The notes below the pieces were generated by a model. It made no database searches. It was not told the DNA's origin and worked only from the letters and a program-made list of their open reading frames with translations. A DNA stretch of 64,000 nucleotides, taken from assembly GCF_000143415.4 (NCBI RefSeq), contig NW_003314262.1:5886471-5950470 (forward strand). Reading direction: 5' to 3'. Source of the stretch: Selaginella moellendorffii (lineage: Eukaryota > Plantae > Lycopodiophyta). The position numbers were made by a program, and so were the translations under genes. Of the stretch, positions 36,342 to 52,038 are shown one piece after another (position 1 is the first letter of the stretch; every line of letters starts with the position of its first letter).

Positions 36342-37262
36342 TTAGTTTTGGCGGCATAATCTTCGAAGCGTGACCGAGATCCTGCTTTCTTGCGGCACTG
36401 GAACTCCATCCCAGATTTGCTGCGCGGGGTTTGTGTTGATTTCGTGCGTCCAGCCGTATCTGGCCTCTCCAGACATGACGAGCAAATCACCCGGACGAAG
36501 CATCACTCCCACTTTTCTGGAGCCATCCTCGCAGCTTTTAAAAGTCATAACTCTGGAGGATACCAGCGACAAGATCACGATTCCATCCTCGAAACGCAAG
36601 AGATCAACGTGAGCACCTATTCCCTTTCGAAAGCAAACCACCATCAAAAGTTGGTTCATTTTTTCTCACGAACAGAGATTTTAGAAATGTATATATATAC
36701 ACTGACCTCCAAAGGCTTGTAAGAATTCACGATCATTTGATCGAACAATGGCTCTCTGGATATAACTTCTCGAGCCAAGATCTTGGATCTTTTGGAGAGC
36801 TGCTCTTCGAGCACACAGCTATGTACGAGTGCTGATAGATTCAACGCCCACAAAGGCAAGCCTCCAAATCTCATTGCCTGGAAGTTTAGAAAGGTTAGCA
36901 AATCAACACACAAAAAACAAAGCGAAGAAAAACCACCTGATTTTCGTTTGGGTTTGTAAACCATGACTCTACTACAACACCAAAATCTAAACAAAAAACC
37001 CCAATCGGTGACAGTAGATTTACCAGCCTCAATGTCGTCTATAAGCTCCTGTTGCTCGTGATTGGAAAGAAAATCTCGACATATCCAAAGACCCTCGACC
37101 TCCTCTACATGCTCCCATTGTCTACAAACATCGATCAAAAAAACATAGAAAAATCAAATCGCAAACTTGCCTCTCGGAGAAGATCCCATCCTCGCCACTA
37201 TCATCTTCGGAATCCCCAAACACGGCACACAAGAGATTCCTCACCGCCGACTCGTCCTCCAT
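36342..37262 (-). CDS. AlkB-family 2OG-Fe(II) dioxygenase, multi-exon
   Basis: MEDESAVRNLLCAVFGDSEDD...GLWICRDFLS...FDQMIVNSYKPLE|GIGAHVD (HxD)...RPGDLLVMSGEARYGWTHEI (distal H)...RISVTLRRL (RxxxxxR). Confidence 0.9.
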
Positions 37263-37281
37263 AGGAGGAGAAAAACCCAAA

Positions 37282-37343
37282 GTGACGTGTCAGCACACGT
37301 AGCGTCCACGTCAAGCGAGCTCGAGACGAGCATGACACGTCAC
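37282..37343. promoter_or_regulatory. Cluster of four ACGT-core bZIP/ABRE-like elements upstream of the AlkB gene
   Basis: GTGACGTGTCA (37282-37292), CACACGTAG, CCACGTCA, TGACACGTCAC (37333-37343). The outer two form a perfect inverted repeat. Confidence 0.6.
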
Positions 37344-37792
37344 AGGCCAGGCTAGACTGAAAATCCGAGACTACTTCTCAAAAAAGACCCCTTTTGGCTT
37401 TAAATGCCGCGCTCTCTCTCGATCGAGCCAAGGATAGATAGACTTTCAAGGATTTTTCAAGGCGGTGGGAGCTCATAGCCTGGAACGAAGCACGGTTGTG
37501 CTTGGTTTCTCGAGCCATCCATAAAATCGCGCTTCGTTTCATGCTATGCGCGTCCATAATGCCTTGGTTGGAGTCGCGTTGTCTCAGCTGGCGCCTGGAT
37601 TGATCCATAAAGAACTCCTGGTCTTGTTTAATGGAATGTAGCGTTTCCTTGGTGAATAGTGGTTCTCTCGTTTGATATACGTCTATAACTCCGATGCTGC
37701 TGAGAGAATAAACGGAGCTCTTGTAACGAGAAGAAAAGAAAAGAAAAGAAAGAGATGGTAGCTCACCTCTGATTCTGATATGATCTTTCAGC

Positions 37793-40530
37793 TCAGCTGG
37801 ATGGTCTCCAGGAAGTTTTCTGGGCGGCGATCAGCTGCTCCTGCTCCTGTGTGTATGACACGCGGATTTCCCAATGGAGTGACTTCAGGAGCGGCTCGAT
37901 CTCCCCCAGAATTGTCGTGGTGTCTCGGAAAATCCCCCAGCCGCCGGGCCTTAAAATCCTGTCCATCTCCACCACCGTGTTGACAACACCGCAGCTGCAA
38001 GACCGAGTAAAGATTCCAGGTTTTAGAACTCCAGCTAAGTGAGCGAACTCCAACTTTCACTGTTACCTCTGTTTCAAGCGTGAAAACAGATGGTCCGCGT
38101 GCAGCAGGTCATACGTGCGAGGGTATGTGCTGAAAGACTCACACCAGTCGTGATACTGTCCTATCAAACCACGGTCGGTGATAATCGGCAGTGTATCAGG
38201 CTCGGTGACTGGAACCACGTTGAGGACCCAGACTGGGTATCCCACGAGAGCAGCAGCAAATCTGGAAAGTTTACAAGGTTAGCTAGCTGCTAAAGTTGTC
38301 TCGAGCTCAAACTTACCCTCCATATCCCGCTTTCATATCCATGACGTTCCGAATTACAGTCCAGTCGATCTCAAGGCCGCGTGCGTAGGATTTCTGGACG
38401 ACATGCTGCCAGTGTATCGTGTCGGATTCAAACTCTTCCACCGCTGGCTTTCCAAACAATCCTTTTGGAATGGTTCCAAGCCAGTCCGGTGTTGCATTCA
38501 CCCTCTGGGGCCACTCCTGTGGCCATCTAGTGCCACGGATACCATCTCCTTCGGGGATCTTGTGAAGACAACTTTGCATGGGAACGTACCTGGTAAAGGA
38601 GAGCTCATGAATAAGATAGAGAGAGAGAGGGAGAACGATCTTGCAAACCATGCAGCATCTCGATTGTCTGATTCGTCACACATTGGTGGCTCGTTCTTCT
38701 GTCGTTTCTGGTAGCAAGTGTTGTCTTTGGGCTTTTGAAAGATGGCAATCCCGACCCCTGTTTTAGGATCCCGCTGTTTCACAATCATCTTCCAGCACAT
38801 ATTGTCAGCTAAGGCCTTCGTGTCTGCACAAAACCACCTCGTCAGAGCTTGGATGGTAAAGCCGAGGTCGTACCTTTCCATATCTGTACATCTTCTGGTT
38901 CGTTTTTGTACACTGGAGTGGCCGACCAGACGAAGTATCCTCCCGGACGAATGAGGCGATTGAGCTCCAAAAGAAGTCTACCACCTGTTTCAAGAAGGAA
39001 AATGTTAAGAAAGTCCTTTGAACTATACAAAAATGTGCGTACCATCTACATGCCATGGAACTCTGCAGCGAGCACAGTGTGCGATATCGTAAGCATAGCT
39101 AGGATAAACCAGCCTCTGCGTTCCCATGACCGCGAGAATTGCTGGAATTCCACGCTCCAAAGCTAGCTGAACCTGAGCTTCGTGTTCGTCTTTTGGAGCG
39201 AATGACATGGTAATAACGTTCTTGTCAAACAAAAAGCCTCCAAAACTTGCGACGCCACAGCCAACATCAAGCACGGTGCGAACGTGCTTCCCCCATGCAA
39301 TATCTGGAAGACTCTGCAAAACATTTACTCCATTAGTCTAAGCTAGCAACAGACAACAGAAACTTACAATCTGGATGAAGTCAATGTAGCGCTGAGCTCC
39401 TTGTTTAAATTGAGTTCCACCGCCAGGAAAAAGAAGAAGGTCGTCTTTCTTTTTCACCCAGTTTTGGTCCTTCTTATACGAAACTAATCCAGGATGAGGG
39501 ACGTTGCTGTACCAGACCTGTAGCAAATTTTGCTAAATCATATGCTCGAAAAAACGAATTCGCATACCTGCTTTCGGCTTTGTGGCCAGTTGACATGAGC
39601 CTGGTATCCTGATGGAAGAGGTACGAGGCATTTTTTAATATCGTCTCCAGTTGGGCAATGCCGCTCCCGGTGCTCGTAGTGACTTCTTGACCTCAGCTTC
39701 TTAATAGCTTTCTGGTTGTCCAGGCACGGAATATAATCAGCGGCATTGGAGAAACTGCAAAGTTTCAACTCCATATCAATTGGCGATTGTTCGGGTTGCT
39801 TCTCCTCGGGTTTTTTTTCTGTTTGCTGATCAGCACTTGGAAGAACATCCTCCTTCTTCATCTCCTGCTTGGACTCATTGGCTTGACTTGTCCAAGTGTT
39901 GGAAACCTCTTTGTTTTCAACAGTCAGCTCTAACTCCGTTTTGTTTGTCCCCGGCTCCTCGATAGTAGCAGTGTCGGAATCATCTTTCTTCTCCTCGGCA
40001 TCCTTGCTTTGAGTCTCTTCGTCTTTTTTCTCTTCTTCCTTGTCCTCGACTTTCTTTTCTTCTCCCTTATCCTCGTCCTTCCGTTCTTCTTTCTTGTCTT
40101 CGTCTTCTTTCTCTTCATCTTCTTTCGCATCTTCTTCCACCGGGGCATCTGAGTCTTTCTTCTGCTCTCCAATATCCACAGGTGTGTCGTCCTTCTTCTC
40201 GCCATCAACCTTGTCACCATCTTTTTCGTGGTCAGCTTGTTGTTTATCTTCGAGATTTTTCTCCTCGGTAGCATCCATCTCTTGTTCAAAGTCGGAGTCC
40301 TTCTCGGAGTCCTTCGTCACCTCACCCTCTCGAGCCTCGGACGGAGAATTCTCCCGGGAACCCATCTGTGACGCTGCTTCATTTGTTTGTGGAACAACCT
40401 CGGTACCTTGTTCTGACGGAGACCGGAAGAACGCTATGGCGGCAAGGATCAAGATCGCTACGAAAACGCCCGTGATCAGATAGTACATCGGCGTCTTGCG
40501 CCTGTCGCGCATTGGCTTTGCCACCCTCAT
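37793..40530 (-). CDS. Probable SAM-dependent methyltransferase PMT (DUF248/Methyltransf_29), type II membrane protein with an acidic stem
   Basis: N-terminal TM; E/K/D-rich stem; [92 protein letters not shown]. Confidence 0.95.
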
Positions 40531-41027
40531 CTTCGAGCTCCTCCAAAGTTTCTTGAGAGTTCCTGTAAGAAAAATATAAGATCTTAAAAAAAAAAAAAAA
40601 AAAAATCAAGGATGGATCGATCTTTCTAACGAAGATTTCGCTCACCGCCAGATCCAAACCCGTGAATGCTGGCATACGGAGCTACATTTTGTTTCCTAGC
40701 TACAATGCGCAAGCAATGCGAGCAAAACCCTCGGGAAATACACCCCGATCGATCCAGAGTTTAGCAGCGCCTTACCGGATCTTGCAGCTCCAGCCGATCC
40801 GAGAGCTCGCACCTCGAGCGGCGCCGCGGCGATGGGATCCCTCCCTCCACCTCCTCCTCTCTGTCAGTCACAAATCCTCGAGCTCATTTGGCTTGCTCTT
40901 GAGTTTAATAGACAGTACGGTAATGTCGGTGGCTCATCACTATCTGTGACCATGTGTACGAACGTTGTTGTTCGGAAACAACGTGAAGAGCGCTACTATT
41001 TGAATCGAGGATATTCTCTAGGGTTTT

Positions 41028-42851
41028 ATGGCGCCTAAGCGCGTGAGCACTGCCCCTCCTGGCGATCCAGGAGGCCCCAATGCCGATCCGGCGCAGCAAA
41101 AGGAAGGACAGGCCGCGGCAGTGGAAGCGCCGCCTCCTCAGGTATGGATTTGTGAAGCTGTGGTAATATTGATCGCCCATTGCGTTGATTAGGTCGATGA
41201 AGAAGTGGTAATGCTCCAGAAGAAGGCCGATGCTGGAAAGACCGAGGCGGACAAACTCAAGTGAGCTTATTTCGCTTAATCCATAAGAATCTGAGGAGTA
41301 AGTCTGATATTTCTTTAGAACGATTTGAAAACTTCACAGCTCTTTTTATTTTTCTTTCACTGTAGGCAAATGCTCGACACACTCATGCACGTACAGAGCC
41401 AAAATGTGAGGGAAGCCAAGATCATCGAGCTCTTGAAAAAGGTTTTTCTTTTCTCGTTTTTCTTTTTCTATTTATCGTCCTTTGCTTGTTTGTTCTATAG
41501 AATGGAAGCATGGCGAAGAATTTAGAGCGTGAGCGATTGCTGGTGGGACGATTAAAGAAAGATGTTTCTTATCTCCAGAAAGAGGTGAGAAAGGATTGTT
41601 TCTGTGGGTAACCGGATGGTGTTTTGCTGTATCAGGTTGTTCAACTGAAAGAAGAAGAAAAGCTAAGACCTCCCGAGGAACCCACGGAGGTGGAGAAATC
41701 CATCCAAGAATCAAATATATACAGAGACAAGTTCATTCAGGTTTTTTTTCCTTGTTACGAACTGCGTATGTGTTCTCAGTCAAAGCAAGCAGGCAACAGC
41801 AAAACTTATGGAGGTCCAAGGAGCCAAAGCTGTGACCTCTGCGGAACTATCCAGGTTACAGCACGCATTGCAACGAGAAGTTGGAAATGTTCCCATTGTT
41901 AAGGTGAACGCTTGTATATGGCTGACTGGCTTCTTTTATTTATTTGTCTTTACAGGTCCTGGAAGAAGGCCAATTCTGGAAGGGTCGGGCGCAAATGATT
42001 ACCCTGCTAAAGGTCTACGATACTTATCAAGTTTCTCTCTGTTCTTACTTTGAGTTTACACAGGACAAAGTCGTGGAACTTGAACAGAAAGTCCGGGAGA
42101 GAGCATTGGAAGACCAGAATCATGTGTTTGATTTGAAAGAGAATGCTTGCAAGAAACAAATCGATGAGCTCGCTAAAAATTTTCTGGTGAGTTGTGCGTG
42201 TGCCGCAAGAGCTGTTTCCTACTAAACTCACGCATGGCAGGCTACGCGAGAGGAGCTGCTAACAACAAAGAAAAAGGTTGATTGCGTGCTTGCCAGAAGG
42301 AACATTTTGGAGAACGAGGTAATCTGATATTTTGCTTAGAAAACACTACTAGTTGTTATGTTGCAGATGAACAATGTGAAAGCAAAGATGGGATTGCTGG
42401 TAGCGAAGAGTGATAGCGACGACAAACTGATAGGGGCACTGCGTCAGGAATGCGTCGCTTCCAAACTGGTACGTAGCTTTTCGTAACACTCTTCCTTACA
42501 TCATGCGGTCTTTTCCCAAGGCTGTGGCACCCGAAAGGCTCAAGGAGCGCATTAGCTGCCCCTTGAGAGTTGGCTCATTGCATCGAGAACACCAGCTCGC
42601 AGCTTCTTTCAACGATCTGAAACTTCACTGCCGAGAACAGGTGATCTCTAAAGCCAGAGCTTCTGTTTGCTGTTCTAAGCCAGCCATCGTACAGGAGTTA
42701 CAAATCAAAGCCCAGGCGGAACTAATCGACTACCTACGAGATATCACAGCAGCAACTAGAGGTACCATGGAAGTTTTCCACGTTCCATACGTTCCACCTC
42801 GCGTCCTCGTCTTATACAGGCGAAGAGCAACCAAAAGAAAGTGAGCAGTGA
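41028..42851 (+). CDS. CCDC13: Coiled-coil protein, CCDC13-like (centriolar satellite/ciliary), about 12 small exons
   Basis: Spliced translation has EAKIIELLKK|N, ALQREVGNVPIVK|VLEEGQFWKGRAQMITLLK and ARRNILENE|MNNVKAKMGLLVAKSDSDDKLIGALR, matching recalled CCDC13 blocks (KIVELSKKN; EVG...WRGRAQQI; RN..L..E...K..MG.LV.K...DD.LI.AL). Stop TGA at 42849-42851. Confidence 0.75.
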
Positions 42852-42892
42852 CAATCCCAGCTTGTTCAAACGGTGCAAAGCTTTCATTTCCA

Positions 42893-45406
42893 TTACTTAT
42901 GCTTGGAGTCCTCTCCATTCATCTCACCCTTGGTGTCCTCCTCGTCTTCACTATACTCGCTTCCACTCTCGTCTTCCACAACCTCCTCGTCGATCTCCTC
43001 CTCGTCTTCCACCCCGTCCTCGTCGGCCTCGTCCACGGCAGCGCTCAGAGCCTTGGTTGCCACTGCTGGCCGGACCTTCTTGCTCACTCTGAGCTTCACG
43101 CTCACCTTCTTGTCACACGCAAGCCAGCAGTCTGACAAGCAAAACGCCGTCAAGTTATACGTCCCTTCCTCCGGCGCTTCAAACATCCCCGTCACCAGCC
43201 TGCTGCCTTCCTTCACTCTCTTCACTGCCTCGCTCACTGCCTTCTTCACCTCCGACTCCTCGGCACCTTTCCCTTCCAGAGATTCTTGCGCTGCCTTTGA
43301 CGCCGATGATATGGCCGCTGCCTCGTCCATGAAAGTGATCCTCTTGTGTACCCAGACGCTGTTCGCGGATGCGTCTCCCAGTAGCACCCAGAATCCTTCC
43401 TCCTTGACGTTGGAGTAGTAGGGAGTGTGCGCGTAGGCTGCTGTGAGGCCATTGCCGCGCTTGACTGATATCCAAGCTCGCATCGTCACGGCATCTCCTT
43501 CTTGGACGAACTCTTCTCCTTCAGTCCCGCAAGTGACATCGATCGTGACGGTGGGTATCATGTCCAGGACTTCTTCCACGTCTACGATCTGGCCTTGGGA
43601 GAAACCGGCCAGGGTTGACAGGAGTTCCTTACGCTCGTCCATTTTCAAGTCCCGGAATTCTTGCAGAGTTCGCACTTTCTGCAAACGAAAAAGAGCACAC
43701 AGTGAAAAGTAGAATGGGCTAGTCCCTACCTTGCGAGTGAGCTTCTTGTGAACGGAATCGTCGAAGTGTGGGAGCTGCATGAATGCGGCACTCCCTTCCA
43801 TAAGGCTTGCTCGATCAGATCCCTTTCTGGAATTAAGAGTCACAGCCTGAGACAGAGAAAGAAAAATGTACTTCAAATATCCAATATACAGATAATATAG
43901 AAAACAGACCTGAAAGAAGCTTTGAGACAAGTCCATTACTCCCAAAGCAGGCCGAAGCCAGCCATGACCATTTGCACTTCTCGCAGCCAAAGCCATCTAA
44001 AAACCAAACAGCAATAAATTAATTGCTTGCAACAGAGTGAGGTTTAACAAAGTCACCTTCATCAGCTCTTCAAGGAGGCGTGGCGTAAGCTGGATAATAC
44101 GTGCAAAATCCGACGCCAAGCCCGCTGGAACGTCCGCAGAGCTCCTTGTTAAATGTGCGAGCAATAGGAGTTCCGTCTGCCACAACGTAATGAAAACCAA
44201 GATACTAAGAAAACGAAACTATTACCTTGACTAGAGCAGGATGCTGCTTCCAAAACTTAGCCTGTTCTTGCTTTAGATTCTTGGGATCAAGGTTAAGTTC
44301 GCTTCGTACTACAACAAAAAGCTTCTGCAACGGCTCTTCATCACTTCTACGCACCGGGATTTCCACGAACTCGGCAGCTCTGATGAGAACATCCATCACT
44401 TTGCTGCATAGGCCATGCACGCGTCAACGATGAAACTACATCTAGATCCGTTACCTGGGAGCCAGTGATGGTTTCATAAGATAGTAATAGCTTGACAACG
44501 TTTGATGCATGATATAGTTTCCAGTGTACTTAGAAGATCGCGATAAATAGACCACCGCAATCAGTAGCGGTAGCAAAATTCCAAAACCGACCAGTCCTAG
44601 AAGTATAATTCCTCCAGTTGCCCCGTTGATATTGAGCAAAAACCACGGGAGTGCTATTCCCATTTTGAGCCCCTGTAAAACAAGACGAGGTTACTATAAA
44701 GTAGAACTTACGAAAAACTTCGAACCTGTCTGCCATCGGGATGCCCCCATTTCGCAAAATTCTCCCTAGCAACTGGGTCAGTAAGCGCTTGATACGCCTT
44801 TGAGATATAATCCACAAAGTAGGCATTGGCCTCTGCAGAAAGCAACGCGTAGATAAAACCATGATGAGGAACTTTGCGCATAAGATTTTAAGTTACCAGG
44901 ATCCGGATTCTTGTCCGGATGGTACTGCACGGACAGCCTTCGGTAAGCTTTCTTTATCTCAGAATCCGATGCATTCGGCTCCAAACCGAGAATCGAGAAT
45001 GGCTCGAATGGTTGCGACTGCAAAGACCAAGATAAATGAAAAGAGAAAACGCAAACAGAGCAAGAATTTTACCTCACGAGCGCTGAGCTTGATATAATAA
45101 ACCAGAAAGATCATCAAAATCCACAAGAAAACCAGTGTGATATTGCTGCATGTCGAGAACCTTCCCAACTGGAACAAGAATTTAACACAAAGAGAGAAAA
45201 GAGAGAAGAAGAAAACCAACCTTTCTCCACAACGAGACTTGATACTTGGGAGATTTCGCGCAAAGCGAGCAATGGCAGTGTAAATTCCTCCCCTGCCGCC
45301 TCGCAGCTCTGCCAAGCCGATAGATTGTCCACGGCACCACGAACAGGCCCAGCACGGAGAGAATAAAGATTGGGAAAAGGGAGCTCATCTCCTCTGACGC
45401 TGCCAT
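42893..45406 (-). CDS. ERDJ2: ERdj2/SEC63 translocon J-protein, multi-exon
   Basis: [17 protein letters not shown]; J-domain [37 protein letters not shown]; GIALPWFLL; Sec63 domain FMQLPHF; [16 protein letters not shown]; acidic tail. Confidence 0.95.
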
Positions 45407-45762
45407 TCTCGGGAAAATCTAAGCCTGCTTCCCAGGAACCAATTCCACAAACAGGAGCTGCCGCCTCGATCTAGCTACCTAGCGCCTTGGATCTGCATAC
45501 CTATCGTATCGATCGATCGCCGAGCAAGCTCGGCGCTCCAAACCCTAGTCTCTCGTTCGTTGACGTAGCCCTCGTTGTATAGGGAGACTTAGTTTGTTAA
45601 ATAGTACACACAAGAAACGCGCTAACGATTATCTCGATGGAGCTTTGGAGATTTTCTCTTTGCTCCAAGCACAATGAAATGGTCTCTTTTTCTTCTTCTT
45701 CTTTCTCTGCTAGAGTTTAAGCTCGATCCTTTGTTTTTTCCAGCGATCTTGACGCGATTCGA

Positions 45763-49278
<3,516 letters not shown>

Positions 49279-49329
49279 CGGAGCGGCAGCTAAAACCCTA
49301 CTCCCTTCCGCCCTAGCTAACGAAAAAAT

Positions 49330-49338
49330 GGCGGGAAA
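49330..49338 (-). promoter_or_regulatory. E2F site (TTTCCCGCC) in the MCM6/orphan bidirectional promoter
   Basis: GGCGGGAAA on +, 52 nt upstream of the MCM6 ATG. Telo-box AAAACCCTA at about 49292; ATTGG (CCAAT) at about 49383. Confidence 0.75.
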
Positions 49339-49573
49339 TCCACGTCGGACTCATGTCATTCTGCCAGCGTGGGAGCTTTTCGATTGGCTCCAAGTACTGG
49401 CAACGTGGGACCTTCCGGTTGGCTCCCAGCGGGTAGCGCTTTTGATCCAGCCCATCTCTTCACACGAAGAGACATCAGCGAACCAAAAGCGATCACTTGC
49501 CATTTTTTTCTTCCTTTTCTTTCTCGATCCGTTTCTCCCCGCTCGTTCGGATCTCTTTTTCTTCGCTGCGAGC

Positions 49574-50158
49574 ATGACCACTGTAGTTGAAGAGGAGGAA
49601 GACTGGCCACCGGCAAGAGCCGACTGGAAGTTCTCCTTCACCCCGGACGACCAATACTACGTCGAAGTTCACAAGTTCCGGGTCACGAACTTCATGTCTT
49701 TCAATGCCGCTCCACCCCAAGAACACGATCTCCCACAACTCCTGGAGAAGCACCCCTGTAAGGTAGTCACCCACTGCTACCATAACTGGCACTACTACAA
49801 CATCGAGCACCGCTACGCCCCTGGAAACTTGGAAGTCTACGTTGATCCCACTGTCTACATTATCACGCTTACCAGCATGACGCACGACGGGCAGAGGAAT
49901 TGCCGTGACGCCACCAAGTGTCACGATTCCAAGATCATTTACGAGTACGAGCACAACGTTTACGTCTTCTCCCCCTACATGATAGACACCACAGTCGACG
50001 TTAAAACCAACACTACCATCAAATGCCAGACCAGGCAGAAAGGTTGCAGGCTTTACCATCTTCACGGCCACACTCACAGCCTGGTGCTCACCCATGCGGG
50101 CTCCAAGGACAAGAAGAGGATGCACAGCTTTGGAATGGTAGCCCGGGTTCACAAGTAG
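49574..50158 (+). CDS. Uncharacterised intronless 194-aa His/Tyr/Cys-rich protein
   Basis: Open frame with strong C-ending codon bias (all 13 Tyr are TAC; most His are CAC) and a pyrimidine-rich leader before the ATG. No family recognised. Confidence 0.7.
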   Translation: MTTVVEEEEDWPPARADWKFSFTPDDQYYVEVHKFRVTNFMSFNAAPPQEHDLPQLLEKHPCKVVTHCYHNWHYYNIEHRYAPGNLEVYVDPTVYIITLTSMTHDGQRNCRDATKCHDSKIIYEYEHNVYVFSPYMIDTTVDVKTNTTIKCQTRQKGCRLYHLHGHTHSLVLTHAGSKDKKRMHSFGMVARVHK

Positions 50159-50357
50159 AGTCTCTTGCCTGTAAGCCACAGATGTTTAGCTTCCGACTCC
50201 CCTCACAAAATGAAGAAGCTAGCGAAAACAAAAGAAAAGCCAGTGTATTAGTTACAAATAGCACAACTCAACAAGAACCTCTTTATCTTCTCGAGTACTT
50301 ATTGAACCTGGCAGTAGCAAAACCTGGTGATGGAAGTTGACTCTCTCTCGGCAAGCT

Positions 50358-52038
50358 TTAACGGAAGTAAGGCACTGGAAGGAACGGAAAGGGAGCTGCA
50401 GATGCGTAAGCAATCGGAGGTCGAGTGTAGTCCTCTGGATTTGAGCGCTTTGACTTCTTCTTTTCGAGCCTTTCACTTCCGCTTGTCTCAAGTAACGCGT
50501 CATTGACGGCCTCTAAACTTGTCTCGTTTCCGGAAGGAGCCGTGTTATCAAGCGACTCTTTTGCTGTGTTACGGTTGGGAACACGGTGCAAAAGCATCGC
50601 AAACATCAACGCCGGCAAATACAGAAGACTTGCCCGAAACATATGCCTGGCTCGTTGCAGAGTGGGGTCCCGGTAAAAAAGGGCTGCAGTGGTTCCCATT
50701 CCAGCAGTCAAGATCGCTGCCTCTGGTCCAAAAAATCCAGACGTCACACCCGCTGCGAAACGGAGGTCAGTACTCGAATCGGGACCAGAATCAGCTTTAC
50801 CATAGTGAGCAATAAAGCCAACAGGAAGGAGATACGCGCAATTTCTCAGAGCGATAAGAGCAGCTTTTGGTCCAGACACCATTTTGTACCTGCACAAGCA
50901 TGAGGTGAGAATCGAAATTTAAAGTTAAAAATCCCTTACCCTCCAGCCAAATAGTCTTTGCTGCACATAAACGACAGTGCCATGAAATGCGGGAGCTGCC
51001 AAAAGTACAGAGCGGAGGCTAACACCCAAGCGCCCGGATCGAGATGGCCGCTTGCGGCAGCCCACCTGCAGTCAGATATTTCGTCTTAGCTTTGAACCTT
51101 TGGCTACTGAATCTCAAACAAGCTATACTACAAAGACTAAACTTACAGCAAGAGATTACCCCATAAGTGGAGGAACAGCTCCTACAATTGCTCCAATCCA
51201 CGTATTTGCCGGATGCAGTTGCTTCATTGGTGTGTAGGCCAGTGTGTAGAGCAAAATGTTCCCGGCACCGAGAGCTGCGACTGTCGCGTTTGTCTGCAAG
51301 ATTCCAATCGCTAAGGTCCTCAGTAAAGCAAGTGAGAGGCAATAGTCACTTCACACCTGGTAAGCTAGCAAGCTAATACCCACGCTCCCGCTGGTACCAG
51401 CCCATGCCAGCGCGTGCTCCATGCTTATACGTCCTGATGGAAGTGGCCTTCTCATTGTCCGCTTCATATTCGAGTCATTGGTCACTTCAAGAATCTGTCA
51501 AGCCCATTAAACATGAGTGAAGAAAACCGGAAAAAAAAAAAAGATCCAAAGAGAAAAAACAAAAGCTAAAGGTGGCGAACCTGATTAAACGAGTTTGCCG
51601 ATGCTGCGGCAAGCATCGTCCCCAGACAAGTCCATCCCAAGCATGGCACGTCGATTACGCTTCCACTTCCCAGCACAAATCCAGCACCTGAGGTCATCAC
51701 CACGAGTATGCTACAAAAACTTCGTGAGTTTTGAGAAACGAAAGTCCAAAAAAAAACCATCTTTACCTGAGTCGGGCTTTGGACAATTCCCAGTAGCACC
51801 TCCCATAGTGCCGCATTCCATCCCAAGCAGCACTAAACGCAGCGGGAGGCTTGCCATACGCGAGATCAAAACTCTTGGCAGCCGGGGGAGCCGCTGCCAA
51901 GCCCTCATCGACGGACAAGCTGGAGATTTCCCTGACCTGATCGAGCGCCGCTGCCACCGGCGCCAGCCTGTGGTGGTGCTGCTGATAGAGTGCCGCGCAG
52001 AGCTTGCGCCTGGCGTCCCTGGCGAAAATGCCCTGCAT
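50358..52038 (-). CDS. COX10: Protoheme IX farnesyltransferase (heme O synthase), mitochondrial, multi-exon
   Basis: [10 protein letters not shown]; [14 protein letters not shown]; [19 protein letters not shown]; [31 protein letters not shown]; [19 protein letters not shown]; [14 protein letters not shown]. Confidence 0.95.

Noticed and set aside
49870-50010. Faint resemblance of YEHNVYVFSPY in the orphan protein to ribophorin I
   Set aside because: Only a short motif; no signal peptide or TM and the wrong size. Needs a profile search.
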